Positions 1 to 13,838 of a stretch of 64,000 nt of DNA are shown here, piece after piece. Source of the stretch: Macrostomum hystrix (lineage: Eukaryota > Animalia > Platyhelminthes); assembly GCA_950097015.1 (NCBI GenBank), contig CATNEN010000001.1:9486001-9550000 (forward strand), given 5' to 3'. The position numbers were made by a program, and so were the translations under genes. The notes below the pieces were generated by a model. That model had not been told where the DNA came from. It saw only the letters and a list, made by a program, of their open reading frames with translations, and did no database searches. How positions within the stretch are numbered: the first letter of the stretch is position 1; the number at the start of each line of letters is the position of its first letter.

Positions 1-3000
1 ACCTTTCTTAACTTCGATCCGAAATTCGAAGGTCGTTATTATTGCAACGCTAGCAACGAGCACCGCTCGGTTGTGAGCGAACCAGTTTGGGCGCGCATCG
101 CCTTTTTGAGCGACAAATTCCGATCCGAGCCGCAGAGCAAATCGGTGCCAACCGAGTCCACCATTGAAATCGAATGCGACCCCCCGGAGGGCCAACCAAA
201 GCCGGAGGTCTCCTGGAGTAAGAATGGCTTACCGTTGAACATCGACGACAGGCGCCTAGCTGTCATGGACAACGGCCATCTGCGCATCCTGCGAGCCAGC
301 GTCTCCGATGCCGGCGAATACGCTTGTCAGGCCAGAAATCTGGCCGGAGAGCAAGTCTCAGCATCCGCCATCATCAGTGTGAAATCGAAGCCGGTGTTTG
401 TCAGAGCTCCAACAGATGTTCGCGTTATGCAAGACGATAATGCCACCTTCAACTGCATGGCCAGGGGCGAGCCGGCGCCTACGTTGAACTGGCGCAAAGA
501 TCGCGGCCAGATTGTTAAATCTCGCTCACTGTCGCATAGCAACGGCTCTTTGACAATATTTAACGTTCTGCCCAGCGATGCCGGTAAATACATTTGCGAG
601 GCTTCAAATAGCGCTGGCACAAACGAAGCCGTCGCTACCCTCTCTGTGCGCTTCAGGCCGGAGTTTGTTGAGACTCCGTTTGATCAGGTGGTAGCCGAAG
701 GCTCTCGAGTTGTATTCCGCTGTCGCGTTGTCGGCGATCCCAAGCCTAATACATTCTGGTCCCAGGGCCTTGGCATGTACATCTTTGCTGATACTCCGCC
801 TAGCAGCGAAGAGAAGCTTCGCGGAGTCAGCGTCGGCACAGACGGCTCTCTGATTATCGATCCAGTCCGGCCCATTCATCAGGGCAAGTACGAGTGCCAC
901 GCTAATAGCTACGCTGGCACAGTGCAGTCCTCCGCCACCCTGACAGTGACGGCTAGAGCCACCTTGGCTCCGATCATCGCCGTGGGTCCGCAGAGCCAGT
1001 CCGTACCGCGCGGTCAGGATTTGCAGTTAAACTGTGAAATTGACAGCGATTATCGGCGAGCTAATACCAGATTTCAGCAGCGAACTATTTGGTACAAGAA
1101 TTCGGAACCGATTAAACATCCAACTAATCGTGTGCACTTCAATATGGATGGATCGTTGAGAATCTACGATTTGCAGCCGTCGGATCGTGGCAACTACACA
1201 TGCGCTATCTCTGTCGGCGGAGAAACCACCAAATGGCCAACACCTGCCGTTATTAACGTCATCAATCAACCGACATCTTCAGACGATCTTAATCGTCGCC
1301 GACCAGACGTCATCGACTTGCCGCGTCCGCCTAGGGCCATTGTTGTCACCGATAAAGGCGTCGATTGGGTTTTATTGAAGGTCACCCCGGACACATCCTC
1401 GCCTGCAGTGTTGGATGGCGAGTCGCCGCGTTATCAGGTGGAATATTTGTCTCACGATCTTGGCTCCGGTTGGCAGATGTTTCCTCACCTATTTGAGTCC
1501 GAGACTCTGAAAGTTGAAGGCCTGCGCAGTGAGACGTCTTATCAGTTTCTGGTGCGCACAGTCACTAGTCGCGGCGTATCGAAGCCGTCCGCATTATCGC
1601 CTGCGGTGCACACGGAGGCTAAGACTCCGGACGACCAGTTCCGCTACTCGGACATACCGCAGTACTTGCAAAAGATGCGCTACTCAAATTTCCGCTTGGA
1701 GGTGATGAAGAAGGATGTAGTGCGCGTCATGTGGATGGTTGAAGCGAAGAAAAACACTTTAGAACTGACGCATGGCTTTCACGTCAATTATCGCGCCGTA
1801 CCGCTTCGTCGCTGCATCGATATTAGCCAACTAACAGAACTAGATCGCAACAGTCATTGCTCATTAAAGAATGAGGAACAGTTGATTAATCATTTGAGAT
1901 CTAGAACTGGCAAACCAGGCGTCGGTGCTGCTTCAGCTTCTTCTTCGTCTGCGGCAGCCTATCCAGACGGTCTCGATGGCGAAGAAAGTTTAAGCTATGC
2001 CAGGCAGCAGACAGCTACAGTAAATTGGCGCTATAACAAAGACTCGCAATCAGCTAACGAAGTCTCTGTAACATTGTCCGATCTTAAATCATTCAGCTGT
2101 TACGAAGTGACTGTGGAAAATTTCAATAAGCAGGCAATGTACGGCGAAACTAGCGGCTCCCGGTCGACGCCTCGCACTGTTCTCACTTGGGAATATTATC
2201 CCACCAAGCCACCGTCAGGCATTCGCGCCAGCTGGCTTAGTAATACCAGTCTGTTATTGTCGTGGTCGCCGCCACCGGTCACGGAGAGTAACGGCATTCT
2301 CACCGGCTTCAATATTCACCTGTTGGAGCCGCCGCCGCGTCCGAGGCGCCAACCGTCGGCTTCGTCGCCGGCGCCTAATTCAACGCTGCGCCAACTGCAG
2401 CAGCCTACTTGGCGCACTATTCGCATAGCCAATGGTAGCGCCAACACTCACGTGATCTCCGGCCTAGACCCGATGGCTGATTACACTCTGCACCTGTCCG
2501 CTGTTAATTGCTTCGGCGAGGGTACTCGATCTCCGGCTCTGCGTATACCGTCGGCAGTCTACAGTTTGAGCACTAGGCAGGAGAAGACCCTACTCAGGGA
2601 GCCTTGGTTCATCTCCGTTATGGTGATTGCCGTACTCATCTGGCTAGCCATCTGCGGCGTTGTTATTTACGCCTTCCGTGCCAGGTGTCTGCAAAGAAAG
2701 AAGCCTTATTACAAACCCTACAATAAAGGCGTCGGTGGCAGCGGCGGCGTCGGCTGCGGCTCCGTTGACGCCAGCGGCAACGCTTTTCCATTGTTGAGTA
2801 AATCTTCCGGGGCCCAGGATGACAGCTCGAATGGGTCCAGATTCACTGGCGGCTTGGGCCATGGCAGCGGACATCAACTATCCGGCGAGCTGCATCAACA
2901 ATCGCCTCCGCCGCAGTCTGATCTGATTGAACAGCAGCAGACAACCATGATTGGCAATAACAATATTAACAAGAAGCAGCAGCAGCAATTGTTTGCTAAT

Positions 3001-3800
3001 AGTCCAATGCATCTGCATCACATGCAGCAGCAGAATCCCTTATTAATGCTTGGCCCAACAGCCGGCGATCAGCTACTGCCGTCGGCTCCGTTACCGCCGC
3101 CGGCAACCCTGCCATCCGTGGCACCGGTGGCAACTCCGTACGCTTCGGCCAGCCTCATCCAGAGCGCCATCCAGCAGGACCGCGGTCGCTACCAGCAAGG
3201 CTCGCTTTATTCGAATGCCGACGAACCGCCTAGCTGCTCCTTGCAGGGCAGCTGCTCTGATTGCAGTGAAATTTCTGGCAGCACGGCAGCCGCCGATCAT
3301 CTTCAGCATCAGCATCATCATCGAGCTCCGGCTGGTCACGTGATGACTTCGTCCGGCGGCGGCGGCGGCATCCTAGTCAATAATTTTCCTAGCTACAAGC
3401 CGCCAGCCATGAATATCTGCGATTTCACACCGCCGCCGCCGCCGCTGTCCGATTTAGTTAGCGGCAACGGCAGCGGCAGCAGTCGCTGTCCATATTATTC
3501 AGCTGACTATCAGTCTCAACCGCAGCCGCAGCCGCAGCAGCAGCCCCAGCCGATGCCTTGCAAATCTGGCAGTCAGTCTTCTGAGTCTGCGGCGCCAAGT
3601 TGCTATGCCAACTGTCTGCCGCCGCCTCCGCAGCAACTCCCTGCCGGAGCCAACGCTAGCGCCAACAGCAAGCTCATCAACAGCGCTAACAATAATAATT
3701 CTTCGTCCTCGTGTTCGCCAAACTTTGCCCACCAGATGCAGTCATCGGCTACAGCGGCTACGGCTGTGCAACAAGGCCGGGGACTTGTTCAGCTGCACGG
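1..3800 (+). CDS. robo: Roundabout (Robo) receptor, large coding exon (5' end outside window)
   Basis: Frame is open from base 1 (TFLNFDPKFEGRYYCNASN, end of Ig1). It continues through 4 more Ig domains, 3 FN3 domains, a TM segment (EPWFISVMVIAVLIWLAICGVVIY), a CC1-like motif (TPYASASLI) and a CC2-like motif (DFTPPPPP). Donor CACGG|GTGAGT at 3800/3801, phase 2. Confidence 0.93.
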
Positions 3801-3949
3801 GTGAGTTCGCTGTCTTTTCTGCTTTCTTTTTTGCAGAGCTTTGTGGGCTGTCTAACTGGAGGCGAGAAAAGTTATGACCGAATGAAGAGTGTATAGTATA
3901 ATAAAGGGAGATTAAAAGAGTCGTGAAGATTTAAGAATTAGAGTCCAGT

Positions 3950-4915
3950 AGAGTAGAGAAGTAGAGTAAGATTAAGGGAGATAAGTAGAGTCTAGTAAAA
4001 TATATAAGTAGAGTCTAGTAGAAAAGAGAAGTAGAGTCTAGTAGAAAAGAGAAGTAGAGTTTAGTAGAAAAGAGAAGTAGAGTCTAGTAGAAAAGAGAAG
4101 TAGAGTCTAGTAGAAAAGAGAAGTAGAGTCTAGTAGAAAAGAGAAGTAGAGTCTAGTAGAAAAGAGAAGTAGAGTCTAGTAGAAAAGAGAAGTAGAGTCT
4201 AGTAGAGAAGCGAAGTAGAGTCTAGTAGAAAAGAGAAGTAGAGTCTAGTAGAGAAGCGAAGTAGAGTCTAGTAGAAAAGAGAAGTAGAGTCTAGTAGAGA
4301 AGCGAAGTAGAATGTAGTACAGAAGAGAAGTAGAATGTAGTACAGAAGAGAAGTAGAGTGTAGCACAGAAGAGAAGTAGGGTGTAGTACAGAAGAGAAGT
4401 AGAGTCTAGTACAGAAGAGAAGTAGATTCTAGTACAGAAGAGAAGTAGAGTCTAGCACAGAAGAGAAGTAGATTCTAGTACAGAAGAGAAGTAGAGTCTA
4501 GTACAGAAGAGAAGTAGAGTCTAGCACAGAAGAGAAGTAGAGTCTAGCACAGAAGAGAAGTAGAGTCTAGCACGGAAGAGAAGTAGAGTCTAACACAGAA
4601 GAGAAGTAGATTCTAGTACAGATGAGAAGTAGAGTGTAGTACAGAAGAGAAGTAGAGTCTAGCACAGAAGAGAAGTAGAGTCTAGCACGGAAGAGAAGTA
4701 GAGTCTAGCACAGAAGAGAAGTAGATTCTAGTACAGAAGAGAAGTAGAGTGTAGTACAGAAGAGAAGTAGAGTGTAGTACAGAAGAGAAGTAGAGTCTAG
4801 TACAGAAGAGAAGTAGAGTGTAGTACAGAAGAGAAGTAGAGTGTAGTACAGAAGAGAAGTAGAGTCTAGTACAGAAGAGAAGTAGAGTGTACAGTCTAGT
4901 GTACAGTACAGTCTA
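3950..4915. repeat. 23-bp minisatellite (AGAGAAGTAGAGTCTAGTAGAAA / ..TACAGA)
   Basis: Visible tandem periodicity, Robo intron. Confidence 0.95.
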
Positions 4916-5364
4916 GACAAGTGTCAGGTTATTGGCTTGTTGAGAATTTATTTTACACAATGTTAGACATGTAGATAACGTCAAAGCTATTCCCTTTGTT
5001 ATTTTAGAAATTTTATGACTGTATAGAATTGGTGTGTCTTCTCAGCATATCATTTCTATAACATAATTAATATATAGAAATTATTTTCTTACAAAAGATT
5101 GCAACTTCTTTTTTCTTTAAATTAACTATCTGCATAATTAATTCTTTTTTACTACCCCATCGCGGTTTCTCGCTTTGATTAATCATTTCTTTTTATTGCC
5201 ATTCTTCTAGGTATTTGATTGCCTTGGTAATGAAATTGGCTGTACATTTTATCTTTACAATCATCAAATATTTATTTCTAGGGTCTTTATTTATCTACTC
5301 ATTATTTACAAGCGCAACTGTCTGAAATCAACTCCAAGCTGCTTAATCTTATACTTATATTCAC

Positions 5365-5905
5365 TCTGTTCTACTCCCACTCTACTCTCTCTACCCGACT
5401 CTACTCTATCTATTTCACTCTACTCTCTCTCTACTCTAGTTTTCTCTGTCTACTCCACTCTACCATCTCTACTCCACTCTGCTCTATCTACTCCACTCTA
5501 CTCTTATCTATCTACTCCACTCTACCATCTCTACTCTACTTTTCTCTGTCTACTCCACTCTGCTCTATCTACTCCTCTCTACTCTATCTACCCCACTCTA
5601 CCATCTCTACTCCACTCTGCTCTATCTACTCCACTCTACTCTAATCTACTCCACTCTACCATCTCTACTCCACTCTGCTCTATCTACTCCACTCTACTCT
5701 ATCTACTCTATCTACTCCACTCTACCATCTCTACTCCAGTCTACTCTGTCTACTCCACCCTACTCTATCTACTCTATCTACTTCACTATACTCTGTGTAC
5801 CCCATTCTACTTTATCTATTTCACTTTACTCTCTCTCTCTACTTTACTCTTGTCTATCTACTCCACTCTACTCCACTCAACTCCATCTACTCCATCTACT
5901 CCACT
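5365..5905. repeat. Degenerate CTCTACTCCA/CTATCTAC tandem repeat
   Basis: Visible tandem periodicity. Confidence 0.85.
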
Positions 5906-6694
5906 TATATAGTCTATGAATGTTCTTCTCCAATTGACTCCACCGTGTCTAATCTACTCAATCCAATTCAATCCACTCCATCTAGTTAGCTAGCTTCACT
6001 CCTCTCCAAAACTATCTTCCTCTCCCTCTCACTGTATCCTTGACCTCATTCTGGAGCATTAGAAATTCCTAGTCACGCACTGTGTCAAGGCCTCACCACT
6101 CCACGCATAGGTCAGCCCCGACATTCATTAACACAATCCATCTTTTAACTCTCTAAAACTGGGAGCTCACAGAGAACAAAAAAGCTTTAGATGTAAAAAT
6201 GATAACTTGAACAAGAAAACTGAACAACGAGCTAATCTAATTTCTGAGCTGTCTGAATAAAGTCTTTTTTCTTTATGTGGAATTCTTGGAATCTGGAGTG
6301 TCACGCGCGTGTCACTCTTTTACGTCGAGGAAATACAGCGCTGGTAGATTTATATAGTGGCAGAAATCTTCCACTCTATCTCTACCTCCTGTGCCTTGAC
6401 CTCATAGTCTGGCTCGCTAGATTGTAGATTGTATAGAGAGCGAACGAGGACAGGAAAAAATGAGTAGCTATAGTAGCTATACCCCTGCAGATTCTAGTCT
6501 AGCAAAGATGTGAAAGTCAAGATATGCATATTTCTACCGGATTTTTTCTTCGATTGAGTTCGGTCGACTGACCTCAACTAATTATAGTGTGCTCTAGGAT
6601 TTAGTCAGGATTTTAATTAATTGTTACTATGGTTTATATCAATTATTCTTTATATTGATTTTGTGCTATATACATCAATATACTAAAAAGATAC

Positions 6695-7962
6695 AAATGT
6701 GGAGTAGGTAGATAGAAATTTTGGGTAGGTAGATAGAAATTTTGAGTCAGTAGATAGAGATTTAGAGTAGGTAAATACAAATGTAGAGTCGGCAGATAGA
6801 TGTGTGGAGTTGGTAGATAGAGATGTGGAGTAGGTAGATACAGATGTAGAGTCAGTAGATACAGTTGTAGAGTCAGTAGATAGAGATGTAGAGTCAGTAG
6901 ATAGAGATGTGGAGTCAGTAGATAGAGATGTGGAGTAGGTAGATAGATGTGTGGAGTAGGTAGATGTGTGGAGTAGGTAGATAGGTGTGTGGAGTTGGTA
7001 GATAGAGATGTGGAGTAGGTAGATACAGATGTAGAGTCAGTAGATACAGATGTAGAGTCAGTAGATAGAGATGTGAAGTATGTAGATAGAAATTTATAGT
7101 CAGTAGATAGAGATGTAGAGTTAGTAGATAGATATGTAGAGTCAGTCAGTAGATAGAGATGTGGAGTATGTAGATAGAAATTTAGAGTCAGTAGATAGAG
7201 ATGTAGAGTTGGTAGATAGAGATGTAGAGTCAGTAGATAGGGATGTGGAGTAGGTAAATACTAATGTAGAGTCGGCAGATAGATGTGTGGAGTTGGTAGA
7301 TAGAGATGTGGAGTAGGTAGATTCAGATGTACAGTCAGTAGATAGAGATGTAGAGTCAGTAGATAGAGATGTGGAGTATGTAGATAGAAATTTAGAGTCA
7401 GTAGATAGAGATGTAGAGTAGGTAGATAGATTTGTAGAGTAGATAGATGTGTGGAGTAGGTAGATGTGTGGAGTAGGTAGATAGGTGTGTGGAGTTGGTA
7501 GATAGAGATGTGGAGTAGGTAGATACAGATGTAGAGTCAGTAGATACAGATGTAGAATCAGTAGATAGAGATGTAGAGTAGGTAGATAGATTTGTAGAGT
7601 AGATAGATGTGTGGAGTAGGTAGATGTGTGGAGTAGGTAGATAGGTGTGTGGAGTTGGTAGATAGAGATGTGGAGTAGGTAGATACAGATGTAGAGTATG
7701 TAGATAGAAATTTAGAGTCAGTAGATAGAGATGTAGAGTAGGTAGATAGAGATGTAGAGTCAGTAGATAGAGATGTAGAGTCAGTAGATAGAGATGTAGA
7801 GTCAGTAGATAGAGATGTAGAGTCAGTAGATAGAGATGTGGAGTAGGTAGATAGAAATTTAGAGTCAGTAGATCGATAGAGATGTAGAGTAGGTAGATAG
7901 ATGTGTGGAGTAGGTAGATAGATGTGTGGAGTAGGTAGATAGATGTGTGGAGTAGGGAGATA
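6695..7962. repeat. ~21-bp minisatellite (GTAGATAGAGATGTAGAGTCA)
   Basis: Visible tandem periodicity. Confidence 0.92.
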
Positions 7963-8929
7963 GAGATTAATAGGCGTTAGTGGTTGTGAGAGACTAGGTA
8001 GAGAGACGGAAACTTGGACAGTGAAAATGTAGAGTAGACAAAGAGTGAAGGAAAGCTTACTCTTTATCGGCAATGTTGAGGTGCAATCTCTAGCTTTCAT
8101 CGTGAAGGTGAAGTGTTTTCACTAGATATTGACAGGCTCAGGATGAAGGAAGCGAGGCTGGAGCCAGCGTCAATCAATTCTATTATATTCAATCGATGAC
8201 GCTTCATTGACCCTATTGCGTAATAGTTGTGCTTAGCTCTGGTCTAGCATAGAAAATATGTTATATGGCCAGCTTTTTATATTTGGGCAAAAAACTGAAG
8301 CTATACATTTACTTATTCAAATTCCCTTACTGGGCCAATATCTGCAAGTCAGATCTGTGCGAGGGATCTAAATCCCAGGTGTGTGTGTGTGTTTCAGTAT
8401 CTAGGTGGTGATAATAAAAAATCACTAGCCAATTCATCATTTTCCCAATCTGTCTGTGCTAAATCCTCATACTCGTTGGTCAGCAACACAGCAGTGTCTG
8501 TCTCTTATCTCTCTATGCGCTGATGATTCGCGAAACAGCAACAACAACATTTTTTATTAACGGATGGGCTTGCTGATTTCCTATAGATAGTGCGGCATCC
8601 GTGGTGCCTGTCTGTCTGTCTGTCTGTCTGTCTGTCCATCTGTCTGTATTTTCTGCTATAAAAATTGTTTTCTAATATAGCTCTGATAGCATCATCATAA
8701 AAAATATTTTTTTATTTCTTAGAAATCTCCTTCGATTTTCTGTCACATTTGTTTCTATCAAATTGCTTCTCATAGGTCAGGCAAGTTAATTTGATTTTGT
8801 ATGCATATAAGTTGATTAATTAATAAATAATTTTACTAAGACTTGTACGTTATTTTAAAGATATTTCCTTGTCCCACGTTTTCTGGACTACATAACATTC
8901 GATTTAAGTCTATTTGTCCTCTCACTTCT

Positions 8930-9760
8930 ACTTCCCATTCTATTTCTCCCCAAGTATAATCTCCCCTCTCATCTACATCCCATTCCATTTCTCACCTAGT
9001 ATAATCTCCCCTCTCATCTACATCCCATTCTATTTCTCCCCTAGTATAATCTCCCCTCTCATCTACATCCCATTCCATTTCTCCCCTAGTATAATCTCCC
9101 CTCTCATCTACATCCCATTCTATTTCTCCCCAGTATAATCTCCCCTCTCATCTACATCCCATTCCATTTCTCACCTAGTATAATCTCCCCTCTCATCTAC
9201 ATCCCATTCTATTTCTCCCCTAGTATAATCTCCCCTCTCATCTACATCCCATTCCATTTCTCCCCTAGTATAATCTCCCCTCTCATCTACATCCCATTCT
9301 ATTTCTCCCCAAGTATAATCTCCCCTCTCATCTACATCCCATTCCATTTCTCACCTAGTATAATCTCCCCTCTCATCTACATCCCATTCTATTTCTCCCC
9401 TAGTATAATCTCCCCTCTCATCTACATCCCATTCCATTTCTCCCCTAGTATAATCTCCCCTCTCATCTACATCCCATTCTATTTCTCCCCTAGTATAATC
9501 TCCCCTCTCATCTACATCCCATTCTATTTCTCCCCTATTATAATCTCCCCTCTCATCTACATCCCATTCCATTTCTCCCCTATTATAATCTCCCCTCTCA
9601 TCTACATCCCATTCCATTTCTCCCCTATTATAATCTCCCTCTCATCTACATCCCATTCTATTTCTCCCCTATTATAATCTCCCCTCTCATCTACATCCCA
9701 TTCTTTTTCTCCCCTATTATAATCTCTCATCACTTCTACTTCCTATTCCATTTCTCCCCT
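8930..9760. repeat. 45-bp minisatellite (ATAATCTCCCCTCTCATCTACATCCCATTCYATTTCTCCCCTAGT)
   Basis: Visible tandem periodicity. Confidence 0.95.
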
Positions 9761-10626
9761 ACCACAGAGCCGCTCCTATCTACTCGCATTCAAATGTTCC
9801 CTATAGCGATAGAATAAGCTAGAGAAAATGTAGGCTTGTCGCCGAGTGAAACGGTTGGTTCAAATATCCCCAAAGGCTTGGTTTGAAATAGTCTTGCTGC
9901 TAAAATGTCACGCAATGCATTACGTAATAGTGGCTCTACTCAAAATGGGAGCTTTCAGGGCCCGATAAGTAAATTATTTTAGCGGCTAGTTCTAGTATTA
10001 TAAGGTTCCGGAGTTTTATTACATTTATTTTCTAGCTTAGTAAACACTTTATCAGTGGAGTACGCACAGCGGCTTCATCAAACCGTTTGACTGTAGTCCC
10101 AGTTCACTTTACAGCATTGCTTAGATCCGTTATTCGGCTGGCCTTGATCAATAATCCCCGCCTCCGCCGACCCTAATCCGTTTAATCTCTTGCGTAATTT
10201 AGTCTCGCGTACTAACTCTCCTTCGCTCTCTCTTATTGCCGAGTTCCGTACCATAATTTTAATATGCATAATATCATCCCGCTATTGAGTGACTGAACAA
10301 TTTCGTTATTAAAGGCGTCGCATATATTGCTTACCAATTTTTTTTTCGGCCGCATAATTGTATGGGCGTGCTGTGTGTGTTAAACGCCTATAGCTTTCGC
10401 AGGCTATCAAGTGTTGCCTCGAGAGGAAGATAATACGAGAAAGTGAGAGAATAGATGTTGCGTGAGATAATGCAATCCTTGCCAATTGAGTACTGGCTAA
10501 TACTAGTATAATGAGCTCTTTGCGCGAGAGTAGTAAACGGAATGTTTCATTTATGATTGAAGTAGATGGGAAACTAGTGGTAAGAATTATATTGACTAGG
10601 GGAGAATAGATATAAAGATTTTAGCG

Positions 10627-11074
10627 GAGAATCGTACAGAGGGTAGAGGGGAGAATTGTAGGAAGGGTAGAGGGGAGAATTGTAGGAAGGGTAGAGGGGA
10701 GAATTGTAGGAAGGGTAGAGGGGAGAATTGTAGGAAGGGTAGAGGGGAGAATTGTAGGAAGGGTAGAGGGGAGAATTGTAGGAAGGGTAGAGGGGAGAAT
10801 TATAGGAAGGGTAGAGGGGAGAATTGTAGGAAGGGTAGAGGGGAGAATTATAGGAAGGGTAGAGGGGAGAATTGTAGGAAGGGTAGAGGGGAGAATTGTA
10901 GGAAGGGTAGAGGGGAGAATTGTAGGAAGGGTAGAGGGAAGAATTGTAGAGAGGGTAAAGGTGAGAATTGTAGAGAGGGTAAAGGTGAGAATTGTAGAGA
11001 GGGTAGAGGGAAGAATTGTAGAGAGGGTAAAGGGGAGAATTGTAGAGAGGGTAAAGGGGAGAATTGTAGAGAGG
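10627..11074. repeat. 24-bp G-rich minisatellite (GGGTAGAGGGGAGAATTGTAGGAA)
   Basis: Visible tandem periodicity. Confidence 0.95.
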
Positions 11075-11186
11075 TTTTTGGGGGTAATTTAGCAGTGTCT
11101 GGAATGTAAAATATTTTTATTTGTTTGCATAATTTGTCTGACTTATTTTAACGCCGTCATCCCCTCCGTCCTCTCCCCCCTCGCAG

Positions 11187-12009
11187 GTTCCCCGTGAATT
11201 TTCTCCAGCTGCATCATCACACGGCTCATCGGGACTCGCCTGCTCCGAGCAGTCTCCTTGGCGAGGCGGACTCGAACAGGTCCTGGCCATCCAACATCAA
11301 CTGCGATCTCCAACAGCAGCAGCAGCAGCATCTGGACGAAGAGGATCTCCTAGAAGACGACGACTGCGAAGATGAAGAAGACATCGACGATGATGACGAC
11401 ATTGACGACGTCGAGAATGTCAACGAGCGTCGGCCTTCCTGCAGCAGCAGCAGCAGCAGCAGCGACTCAAGCGAAGATGATCGCGGAGGGAATCAGCAAC
11501 GTCAGACTCGGCCGCATCAGCAACAGCATCAGCAGCAGCCGCATCGGCCGCATCAGTCGTCCAGGCATCAGCCGCACTTCTTGCAGCATCACGGCACGAC
11601 GCCAAATTACGATCGCTTGTTCCACTCAGGCGGTCCCGCGGTCAGCGTCGGAGGCGGCGGCGGCAGCGGCGGCGGCTCAGCCAGTCCGCTTGTCGGCGGT
11701 CCGAGCAGTCGTAAGCGCCGAACTAGGCAACAGCAGCAGCAGCAGCAGCAGCATAACAGACCAGTGAGTCCATACTCAACTGATTCAAACTATTCCGCTC
11801 TGCCATCGGCGCCGCACCGGCCGTATCCGAAGTCGGAGCGCAAGAAACAGCTGCGTTCCTATGGCAACGCTGCGGGCCAATCGCCTGGAGCTTCGGCCGC
11901 GTCGGCTGCGGCAGCATCGACAGCCACTGGCAGCCGTAGGCCGTCCGTGCCGCGACAGACCCACCCGCCCTTGCCGCCAACCCCGCCAGTGGACCTGCCG
12001 ATTGTTTGA
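11187..12009 (+). CDS. robo: Robo terminal coding exon (acidic, poly-Q, Pro-rich tail)
   Basis: Polypyrimidine tract plus TCGCAG| at 11186. GG from 3799-3800 plus G11187 gives Gly, in frame with ORF 11194..12009. Ends PPLPPTPPVDLPIV-TGA. Confidence 0.85.
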
Positions 12010-12221
12010 CTGTCAGATTTTTAGACTAAGCGAGAGGCGAAACATCAGCTATTCAACAAATATTCCTGCCTGCACTTTCTCCTGTCTGTCTAGCATATCT
12101 GCAAGCTAAGCTTTATTGATTTGCTAGGAAATATTATTTTCCCGTCGTTTTCTTTCATCCCTATCTACAGCATTATTTGCAGAAAGTTGACATTTATATG
12201 CTATAGAAATTCCTAGGGCAT

Positions 12222-12608
12222 AGGGATAAAAATCCCATTCGAGTTTCTAAGAACAGCATCGGATTAAAATCCCTTTGAGTTTCTAAGAACAGCATCGGAT
12301 TAAAATCCCTTCGAGTTTCTAAGGTCACAATGGGATAAAAATCCCTTCGAGTTTCTAAGAACACAATGGGATTAAAATCCATTCGAGTTTCTAAGATCAC
12401 AATGGGATTAAAATCCCTTCGAGTTTCTAAGATCACAATGGGATAAAAATCCCGTCGAGTTTCTAAGAACACAACGGGATTAAAATCCCTTTGAGTTTCT
12501 AAGAACACAATGGGATTAAAATCCATTCGAGTTTCTAAGAACACAATGGGATTAAAATCCCTTCGAGTTTCTAAGAACACAATGGGATTAAAATCCCTTC
12601 TAAGTTTC
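12222..12608. repeat. ~39-bp minisatellite downstream of the Robo stop
   Basis: GGGATTAAAATCCCTTCGAGTTTCTAAGAACACAAT-type units. Confidence 0.92.
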
Positions 12609-12979
12609 AAGCACAGTTAGTTTTTTGTTTGAATGTGAAAGATAAAAGTCGTGTTCATTTTGAAAACTTTCACATGAGTTTATGTGAGACCTAATTGCTA
12701 AAATACTTGCAACTCCACGTGCAAATATATTCTTTTATTTCGATTTAAAAAGCACCCGCTGATCATGTATACTATATGCGTCTTATCATTGTAAACCTCT
12801 CACCTTGACAATTATCGATTTGTTCAAATAAATATGTATTGAACCTGTTTCCTTTCTCTCATCTTGTCGATCTCTGCATTCATCTTACATTAATGTATAT
12901 TAGTCACTCTATCCTACTTTAAGTAGAGTAAAATTAACATATTTTAGAAAAACTTTCGTATATACATTTTTTATTGACG

Positions 12980-13838
12980 CGTGGGTCCGCAAACTAAGGC
13001 CCGCTGGGTCAGATACGACCCACATCGCTCTGAATACGAACTTTGGTATCATTAAACATCTGTCTCATCTCTCCCTGTCTCATCTCTTCCCTGTCTCATA
13101 TCTCCCTGTCTCATCTCTCCCCTGTCTCATCTCTCCCCTGTCTCATCTCTCACCTGTCTCATCTCTCACCTGTCTCATCTCTCCCCTGTCTCATCTCTCC
13201 CTGTCTCATCTCTTCCCTGTCTCATCTCTCCCTGTCTCATCTCTTCCCTGTCTCATATCTCCCGTCTCATCTCTCCCCTGTCTCATCTCTCCGCTGTCTC
13301 ATCTCTCACCTGTCTCATCTCTCACCTGTCTCATCTCTCCCCTGTCTTATGTCTCCCGTGTCTCATCTCTCACCTGTCTCATCTCTCACATGTCTCATCT
13401 CTCCCCTGTCTTATGTTTCCCGTGTCTCATCTCTCACCTGTCTCATCTCTCCCCTGTCTCATCTCTCCCCTGTCTCATCTCTCACCTGTCTCATCTCTCA
13501 CCTGTCTCATCTCTCCCCTGTCTTATGTCTCCCCTGTCTCATCTCTCACCTGTCTCATCTCTCACCTGTCTCATCTCTCCCCTGTCTTATGTCTCCCGTG
13601 TCTCATCTCTCACCTGTCTCATCTCTCCCCTGTCTCATCTCTCACCTGGCTCATCTCTCACCTGTCTCATCTCTCACCTGTCTCATCTCTCACCTGTCTC
13701 ATCTCTCCCCTGGCTCATCTCTCACCTGTCTCATCTCTCACCTGTCTCATCTCTCACCTGGCTCATCTCTCACCTGTCTATGTTAAATTCTGTTCACTCC
13801 TTTGCCCGCGGGTGATAATAGAAGTTCTCCTAACCCAG
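12980..13838 (+). mobile_element. hAT/Charlie-like MITE with internal TCTCATCTCTC minisatellite
   Basis: Left end CGTGGGTCCGCAAACTAAGGCCCGC; right end GCCCGC..AAGTTCTCCTAACCCAG. These are degenerate versions of a CAGGGGTCGGCAAACT-type TIR. Array at ~13060-13780. Confidence 0.55.

Noticed and set aside
3801-3804. Robo stop codon at 3802-3804 and GTG start at 73
   Set aside because: The TGA is part of a GTGAGT donor that joins in phase to 11187; the frame is open from base 1, so the true start is upstream of the window.
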